Shown: positions 1 through 4,967 of the stretch, one piece after another | Numbering within the stretch: the stretch's first letter is position 1 | How the letters are laid out: every line of letters starts with the position of its first letter | Origin: a virus | Length of the DNA stretch: 37,591 bases | Strand: one strand, 5' to 3' | Virus record (IMG/VR): IMGVR_UViG_3300028241_000164 | Position numbers and translations under genes: made by a program | Notes under the pieces: generated by a model | Told to the model about the DNA's origin: nothing | Seen by the model: only the letters and a program-made list of their open reading frames with translations | Databases searched by the model: none

Positions 1-22
1 CATAAGCCGCCGCACGAGCCGC
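1..22. repeat. 22-bp terminal overlap identical to 37570..37591 (circular closure of the contig)
   Basis: cataagccgccgcacgagccgc is present at both window ends. A minus-strand ORF stays in frame across the join. Confidence 0.9.
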
Positions 23-481
23 CGCACGAGCCGCACGAGCCTCCGCCGCACGAGCCGCATCATTAGCCGCAATTGCGTTATCATCCGTCGGATTTTGCAA
101 CCACGCCTCTGCCGCGACGATTGCGTTGCGCGGGTACTTATCATCGGGATAACGCGTCTCAAAAATATGGATTACCTTTTCGGCGCAAAAAATCGCAAGC
201 GCAACACTGTCTAATTTTCTCCACCTGTACGCCTTGACGATTTTCATTGTGCGGTGTGCAGATTTGTCGCTTTGCGTGTCGCAGTCACCGCTGCCCTCAC
301 AGATTGCCAAAACTTCGCCATTGACATAATTCAGCGCGTCAAGCGGTGTGTCCGAGGCGTGGTAACCGTTGCGGCAGCACTCAATCTTGCCTTTGACGCT
401 GTACTTTTTGCCGACTTTCCATTCCTGTGTGCCGTACTCAGATACGATTTTTCCATTGACTTCCCTCAAAAATTTATACAT
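1..481 (-). CDS. DUF7666-like + Imm5-like alanine-repeat protein, 5' part (the ORF runs off the window start and resumes at 37591)
   Basis: ATG at 481 follows RBS GGGGAGAAAGGGG, and there is no stop down to position 1. The N-terminus EWKVGKKYSVKGKIECCRNGYHASDTPLDALNYV matches my memory of the DUF7666 pattern (G..y..g.i..C..GfHa...pld.l.Y). The segment LAIFCAEKVIHIFETRYPDDKYPRNAIVAAEAWL followed by AAxAA repeats matches Imm5-like putative immunity proteins. Confidence 0.7.
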   Translation of the reverse strand, partial: MYKFLREVNGKIVSEYGTQEWKVGKKYSVKGKIECCRNGYHASDTPLDALNYVNGEVLAICEGSGDCDTQSDKSAHRTMKIVKAYRWRKLDSVALAIFCAEKVIHIFETRYPDDKYPRNAIVAAEAWLQNPTDDNAIAANDAARAAEARAARAAARAAAY

Positions 482-608
482 TTCAAGCCCCTTTCTCCCC
501 GTATTGCCGATAGGACAGCGTGTTGTTATACTACATCTTCTTTGTGGTTGTCGCCGTATTCTTCCATCATCAGTTCGAGCGCATATTCTTTGACGGCTTT
601 ACTCCATC

Positions 609-842
609 TTATACCGTCACGCGGATATAGTCGCGTATCTCTGGGCTGTGTATTGCTTTTGCGATGATGTTGGTCGCGTTGCCGTTTGCGTCAAATTGGA
701 TTTCCTCCCCCTCGATGAGCGTGACCGCGTCGCCGTCCCATTTGCCGTACTGCCGCGCCGTTTTTACGATTTTCCGCCCATCGGCCGCGTCGCCGTCAAC
801 ATCTATGATGTCCCATTTGCCGACGATATAACGCTTTTTCAT
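609..842 (-). CDS. hypothetical protein (77 aa)
   Basis: ORF-track entry 609..851. Start moved to ATG 842 because RBS AGAGGTGA lies 6 nt upstream. Same strand as its neighbours. Confidence 0.6.
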   Translation of the reverse strand: MKKRYIVGKWDIIDVDGDAADGRKIVKTARQYGKWDGDAVTLIEGEEIQFDANGNATNIIAKAIHSPEIRDYIRVTV

Positions 843-883
843 TCTTTTCACCTCTTTTTCTTATGCAATCATCCCGGCGCCGG

Positions 884-912
884 TTAATGCGTTCCACATA
901 TTCAGTTGTCAA
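884..912 (-). promoter_or_regulatory. candidate sigma70-type promoter for the 77-aa gene (TTGACA-17-CATTAA)
   Basis: Minus-strand TTGACA (912..907), 17-nt spacer, CATTAA (889..884). It overlaps the palindrome GTCAAA-N5-TTTGAC (908..924). The -10 is weak. Confidence 0.3.
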
Positions 913-1163
913 AGTTCGTTTGACGCCATAATGGTATCACGCCCTGCAAGGTTTGGCAATTGTCAATAGTAACCAAAGTTTAATTCGCCATTGGAATTAA
1001 CGATGTGCAGGTTGCACGAGGAATTGAGGCTGTTATACTGGTAGTATAGAATAGCAGGGAAATGAACGGATTGATAATACCAGTTGTATAATGCGCTCCC
1101 CAAAAGAACCCTCACACCGCGTCTATTACTGCACACTTTTCCCAAATGTGTTCGCCAACTCGC

Positions 1164-1275
1164 CGTATGCCTTGCCATTGAATGCGCCTGGCCTTGCCTA
1201 TTGCTTGCCGTTCGTTATGCCGTGTTGCCGCATGCCTTGCCTATTGATTCGCCTTGCATGGCTTATGGCATAAGC
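1164..1275. repeat. iteron-like array (GCCTTGCC and variants, ~11/22-bp phasing) ending in the palindrome GCTTATGGCATAAGC
   Basis: GCCTTGCC at 1169, 1191 and 1234. Variants GCTTGCC at 1203, GTTGCC at 1224 and GCCTTGCA at 1251. Perfect 6-3-6 palindrome at 1261..1275. Confidence 0.55.
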
Positions 1276-1288
1276 AGCCTGCGCCACC

Positions 1289-1344
1289 TAATGTATTATA
1301 TATATCATAGAATAAACATAGTATATTATTATATTATACCTATG
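1289..1344. promoter_or_regulatory. AT-rich tract next to the iteron-like array (possible DNA unwinding element)
   Basis: The tract taatgtattatatatatcatagaataaacatagtatattattatattatacctat is very AT-rich in a genome of roughly balanced GC. Confidence 0.4.
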
Positions 1345-1787
1345 GCGCAGGAGGGGTGCCGACTTTTATCCCCCGGGGGAGGGGCGCTGCAACACCGTTC
1401 TCCTATAATTTTTCCCACAAAAGGGCTTTCGGGTTCGCCCTTCGGCTTCGCCCCTCATCTCTCGCCTATGCCGGCGCTCTACTTCGCTCTCAACTCGCAA
1501 CAGGCAATATAAGGGGTTCCCGTACTATGGTTCAGATGCTACTAATCACTCAACGGATATTACTCTGTTATACAGGTTATTATAATCTTGGCTACCGCAG
1601 ACACGTTATACAGGCAGTATAAACTCTGCTTATCACACACTTCTGCCTCTTCGTGTGCATTATCTCACACTATCCCCCATTTCCCTGTGCATAGCAGAAA
1701 ACGCCCTGCAAAGCAAAGCGTTTAGAGGAACTCCTTCTACACATGGCAGACGAGATAACTATATTGTATCAGATAAATCTTTCGTTA

Positions 1788-2519
1788 TCAGTATAAAGTT
1801 GTTTGTATTGCGTGCTGCTCAACCCGCTCAATGGCAATTTTGCAGTATTGCTCGTCGCGCTCTATTCCGACATAGTTTCGCCCCGTGTTAAGACAAGCGA
1901 TTGCGGTTGTTCCGCTTCCTATGCAATTATCCAATACCGTGTCGCCCTCGTTGGTGTATGTTTTAACAAGGTACTCAAATAGTGCAACGGGCTTTTGCGT
2001 TGGGTGCAGTCTTGGGCTGTTGGGATTATTAAAGACAGGGTTAAAACATATAACGGTTTGAGGTGATTTATCTAAATAAACCATTCCCGCTCTATCCATT
2101 GAATTTTTATGTAGCAATTTTGATGTCGGAGCACCACCGCTTTTCACTGGTTTTTTTAGTGTTGTTTTTTGCGGATTGTATTTCATGTTTAGTTTGGCAC
2201 CATTAGCCGTCTTTGCTATCGAGAACACGCATATATCCTCGTGACACCTAATAGGTCTTAATTTTGCGAGTTGAAAATCAGTCCCGTGTTCTTTATTCCA
2301 AACCCAACAATAACGAAACATGGTTGGATTGCTCATAACCAACGCACTTGTGAACGGTTGGCTTGCAGTTAATACGATTGCACCATCGTCTTTGATAACT
2401 CGCTTGTATTGTTCCCAAAGTGGCTCAAACGGTATAATAGTATCCCACTTGCAAGCGGTTGTACCATACGGTAAGTCGCATAAAATCATATCAATCGACT
2501 TGTCGGCTATATCGCGCAT
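1788..2519 (-). CDS. DNA methyltransferase, beta-class N6A/N4C type (MTase 1); the true start probably lies upstream of 2519
   Basis: Motif IV DLPYG. Motif I region HPTQKPVALFEYLV...LDNCIGSGTTAIA. The conserved N-terminal KIYCGDCLEV continues in frame upstream of the first ATG. Confidence 0.85.
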   Translation of the reverse strand: MRDIADKSIDMILCDLPYGTTACKWDTIIPFEPLWEQYKRVIKDDGAIVLTASQPFTSALVMSNPTMFRYCWVWNKEHGTDFQLAKLRPIRCHEDICVFSIAKTANGAKLNMKYNPQKTTLKKPVKSGGAPTSKLLHKNSMDRAGMVYLDKSPQTVICFNPVFNNPNSPRLHPTQKPVALFEYLVKTYTNEGDTVLDNCIGSGTTAIACLNTGRNYVGIERDEQYCKIAIERVEQHAIQTTLY

Positions 2520-2692
2520 TACTTCAAGGCAATCACCGCAATAGATTTTATTTGTTTCTAATATGGCTACTCATCCTCTCTTAATTATGCCTTGTTAATA
2601 CATTCTACAAATATTTACGGCCGAGCCTTTTGCAAGTTCTCTTGCATTATACTCTCTGTATTATTTCAACCTTGCTTTCTATACGCCCTGTA

Positions 2693-2875
2693 TTATTCAA
2701 AGAACCTTGTCCAATGAATTACAAGTATTGACGCTATCGCCTTTGCTACTGACACACTCGGCATCGCCCTGCCCCGCTCAATGGCGCTAACCATCTGCCG
2801 TGTTATGCCGCACCTATCGGCAACGTCCTGCTGCGTTAAGCCCCTATCCTTACGAGCCTGTGCCAACCAATTCAT
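2693..2875 (-). CDS. XRE-family helix-turn-helix transcriptional regulator (60 aa)
   Basis: LTQQDVADRCGITRQMVSAIERGRAMPSVSVAKAIA is a typical HTH_3 pattern. RBS AAAGGGGA lies 7 nt upstream and overlaps the stop of the upstream MTase. Confidence 0.85.
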   Translation of the reverse strand: MNWLAQARKDRGLTQQDVADRCGITRQMVSAIERGRAMPSVSVAKAIASILVIHWTRFFE

Positions 2876-2889
2876 TTACTTATCCCCTT

Positions 2890-3564
2890 TCACCATAATT
2901 TCATTTGCGCCTTTACTGCGTTCAGCCGTTCATTCGCTGCCTTGTAATAGTCCTCGTCTAACTCAAAGCCCCAATATTCAAAGCCCATATTGTGGCAGGC
3001 AATCAGCGAGGATGCAGAACCAACGTGTGTGTCAAGGATTTTGTCGCCTTGCTTTGCGTAGTTCATCAGTAGCCATTCGTAGAGTTTGACGGGCTTTTGC
3101 GTCGGGTGTATTTTATTCTCACCTTGCGGGTTATTAAGGTATCCAAAACCTATCCAGTCGTAGGTAAATCGCCGCAAAATACAGTTAAACGACGTCCACG
3201 CGAGTTCACCATCTGAAAAATTTGTATTGTTTGCATTGGTTATTTTTTTATCCCAAAATACCCATCCTTTTTTTGCGGGCAATAGGTCGGCAAAGTAATT
3301 TCCACCCCATATAATTTGATTTTTTGATACTCTTTGAAGTGCATCAAAATATTTCCGTGGCGGTCTTTTGGTATCCCATTGTTTTTTTTCGTGATGCTGT
3401 ATGCTTGAAAAGGTGCTTGCTTTTCCCGATTTCCCCACTACCGTTGTATTTCCGTCAACGCCTATCCCATACGGCGGGTCAACAATAGCCAACTCAAAAT
3501 ACTTATCGGGGAACTGTGCCATACCGTCCATGCAGTCCATGTTGTAAAAGCCGCTGTCGAGCAT
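2890..3564 (-). CDS. DNA N6-adenine-type methyltransferase (MTase 2), paralog of 32167..32775
   Basis: Motifs FYNMDCMDGM, DPPYG, HPTQKPVKLYEWLL and DTHVGSASS. Start set to ATG 3564 (RBS GAAAGGGG) because a promoter sits inside the longer track ORF. Confidence 0.9.
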   Translation of the reverse strand: MLDSGFYNMDCMDGMAQFPDKYFELAIVDPPYGIGVDGNTTVVGKSGKASTFSSIQHHEKKQWDTKRPPRKYFDALQRVSKNQIIWGGNYFADLLPAKKGWVFWDKKITNANNTNFSDGELAWTSFNCILRRFTYDWIGFGYLNNPQGENKIHPTQKPVKLYEWLLMNYAKQGDKILDTHVGSASSLIACHNMGFEYWGFELDEDYYKAANERLNAVKAQMKLW

Positions 3565-3595
3565 ATTTTCGCCCCTTTCAATTTCGTCTGCACTA

Positions 3596-3624
3596 ATAGT
3601 AGCAAATCGAAATAGCATTGTCAA
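3596..3624 (-). promoter_or_regulatory. sigma70-type promoter for MTase 2 (TTGACA-17-TACTAT)
   Basis: Minus-strand TTGACA (3624..3619), exact 17-nt spacer, TACTAT (3601..3596). It lies about 30 nt upstream of ATG 3564. Confidence 0.6.
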
Positions 3625-3649
3625 TAGGTTTTACAAATATTTTCACCGT

Positions 3650-3682
3650 ATCTGCATAATTCGTCCCATATTTTATGCAGAT
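3650..3682. promoter_or_regulatory. perfect 10-bp inverted repeat ATCTGCATAA-N13-TTATGCAGAT (operator-like)
   Basis: Read directly from the sequence. A third half-site-like copy, ATCTGCGTAT, is at 3711..3720. Confidence 0.5.
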
Positions 3683-3836
3683 AACGGGACATACTCTCTG
3701 TATTATTTTTATCTGCGTATTTATACCCGCTGTATATATTTTTTCCAACATAAAGGTCAATTTGCACCCTATCGGTGTATAATCCAAACGCCCACGGAAG
3801 GGGCAGCCGTGAGCGTAAGGGAGGGAAGGGGCCATG

Positions 3837-3974
3837 TTACGGCCTTTTGGGTTTTTTCACTTTGTATTGAGGCGGGACTTCCAGTTTGCCGTTCGGGGGC
3901 TTCATACCCGGCTTCACCGGCATAATCTTGCGCTTGCCCGCCGTGGCAAATGGCTTCGTTGGGTTCTTCATCAT
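3837..3974 (-). CDS. small Lys/Pro-rich basic protein (45 aa), first gene of the leftward operon
   Basis: Inside track ORF 3837..4028. Only the ATG at 3974 has an RBS (GTGAGGGA, 7 nt upstream). Protein: MMKNPTKPFATAGKRKIMPVKPGMKPPNGKLEVPPQYKVKKPKRP. Confidence 0.5.
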   Translation of the reverse strand: MMKNPTKPFATAGKRKIMPVKPGMKPPNGKLEVPPQYKVKKPKRP

Positions 3975-4103
3975 TTTGCTGTCCCTCACTTTTGTCATTT
4001 TTTGTATGTTAATGAACATATTGTTCAATATCTGTTCAGGTAGTCTTGCTCCATAGGCATCACCATCCCCATTGTCGTCGCTGTTATAGTTCAGGCCGAT
4101 ATA

Positions 4104-4132
4104 ATCATATCAAATTGAAATGCAAAAATCAA
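4104..4132 (-). promoter_or_regulatory. leftward promoter (TTGATT-17-TATGAT with extended -10 TG)
   Basis: Minus strand reads CCGCTTGATTTTTGCATTTCAATTTGATATGAT. It is homologous to the rightward promoter at 4497..4525. Confidence 0.65.
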
Positions 4133-4225
4133 GCGGTTTTTCAAATTTTTTCAAATAAAAGCGCAAAGAAAGAAAGAACCAAAGAAAGAAATAATGTATC
4201 TCGTAATCTCTATTTACAGACTTTA

Positions 4226-4435
4226 TATATTATCTAGTTGTAGGCTAGTTGTAGGCTTATTGTAAAGCTAGTTGTAGGCTAGTTGAGAACGAGTTGAATA
4301 AAATATAATAATAATAAATATAAATTAAAATATATTATCTAGTTGTAGGCTAGTTGTAGGCTTATTGTAAGGCTAGTTGTAGGCTAGTTGAGAACGAGTT
4401 GAATAAAATATAATAATAATAAATATAAATTAAAA
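4226..4435. repeat. 2 x 105-bp tandem duplication; each copy has six 11-bp phased CTAGTTGTAGG-type units plus a ~40-bp pure A/T tract
   Basis: Copy 1 (4226..4330) and copy 2 (4331..4435) differ at one base (4266 a versus 4371 g). Unit starts in copy 1 are 4234, 4245, 4256, 4268, 4279 and 4290. Confidence 0.95.
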
Positions 4436-4496
4436 TAAATAAATATATAATACATATATGCACCGAAAAATAATCTGCAATTATCCGTAAAACCGC

Positions 4497-4525
4497 TTGA
4501 CATTGCCATTTCAAATCGCTATAAT
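4497..4525 (+). promoter_or_regulatory. consensus sigma70 promoter (TTGACA-17-TATAAT) for the rightward late operon
   Basis: TTGACA at 4497..4502, 17-nt spacer, TATAAT at 4520..4525. The terS RBS GGGGGTGA follows. Confidence 0.75.
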
Positions 4526-4547
4526 TGTCTTGAATGGGGGTGACTAT

Positions 4548-4967
4548 ATGGGTAAACAAGGCAAACTTGTAAAGCGCGGCCCTGATGGCATCTCAAAGGA
4601 GTGCCACAAGCAATTCCTTTGGCAGCCGGAAGAACTCAACGATATAATTGACAATTTCAAAGAGTGGTGCGAAGCCTACGACAAGGCAATATGCGTACCC
4701 TCTCTTTGCGAATATCTCAAAATCAGCAAAAGAACCCTGAACGCATATCTTGACATTCCCGAATACCGCGATATTATCGACCGGGCCTATGCGGTTATTG
4801 AATCCGACATAATTTCCAAAGCAATGAAAGGGCAGCAGCGCGAGATTATGTCTATTTTCGTGCTGAAATCCCTCCACGATTACCGTGACACCCAAAAAGT
4901 TGAAATGGATAACAAGATTGTCCTTACCTACGACGCTGATGTTTCGGAAATTATGGAGGAATTGTAA
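4548..4967 (+). CDS. terS: terminase small subunit
   Basis: HTH-like PSLCEYLKISKRTLNAYL followed by the IFVLKSLHDYRDTQ motif (compare iF.LKn..gy.Dkqe of small terminases). Start at ATG 4548 with an RBS. Confidence 0.75.
   Translation: MGKQGKLVKRGPDGISKECHKQFLWQPEELNDIIDNFKEWCEAYDKAICVPSLCEYLKISKRTLNAYLDIPEYRDIIDRAYAVIESDIISKAMKGQQREIMSIFVLKSLHDYRDTQKVEMDNKIVLTYDADVSEIMEEL

Noticed and set aside
1-22. The terminal 22-bp repeat as a physical genome end (DTR or cos) or an att site.
   Set aside because: It lies inside a coding tandem repeat and restores an intact reading frame when the ends are joined. No integrase is present. It is best explained as an assembly overlap of a circular or circularly permuted genome.
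254-667. Plus-strand ORFs 254..667 and 369..593.
   Set aside because: They are antisense to the junction-spanning gene, which has an RBS and recognisable domains. Their composition is Cys/Leu/Ser-rich nonsense.
1420-1460. A tRNA or tRNA-like element suggested by the GGGTTCGCCC hairpin.
   Set aside because: No acceptor, D or anticodon arms can be drawn around it, and the loop is 4 nt rather than the 7-nt T-loop.
963-1891. ORFs 963..1178 (-), 1084..1512 (+), 1091..1273 (+), 1356..1622 (+) and 1655..1891 (+) inside the non-coding island.
   Set aside because: They have no RBS, implausible amino-acid composition, and overlap one another in different frames. I treated the region as non-coding (see findings).
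3565-3835. The N-terminal extension of MTase 2 (MTMLFRFATISADEIERGEN) and the 80-aa ORF 3593..3835.
   Set aside because: A good TTGACA-17-TACTAT promoter and operator-like repeats occupy this DNA. The conserved MTase sequence and an RBS start at ATG 3564, and the paralog at 32167 begins at the equivalent residue.
4164-4195. The polypurine run gcaaagaaagaaagaaccaaagaaagaaataa as a separate microsatellite feature.
   Set aside because: It is short, imperfect low-complexity sequence lying 32 to 63 bp upstream of the leftward -35 hexamer. I mention it only in the promoter finding.
4226-4435. A CRISPR array or mini-array.
   Set aside because: There are only two 105-bp units with no unique spacers between them. 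The internal 11-bp units are contiguous. There are no cas genes.
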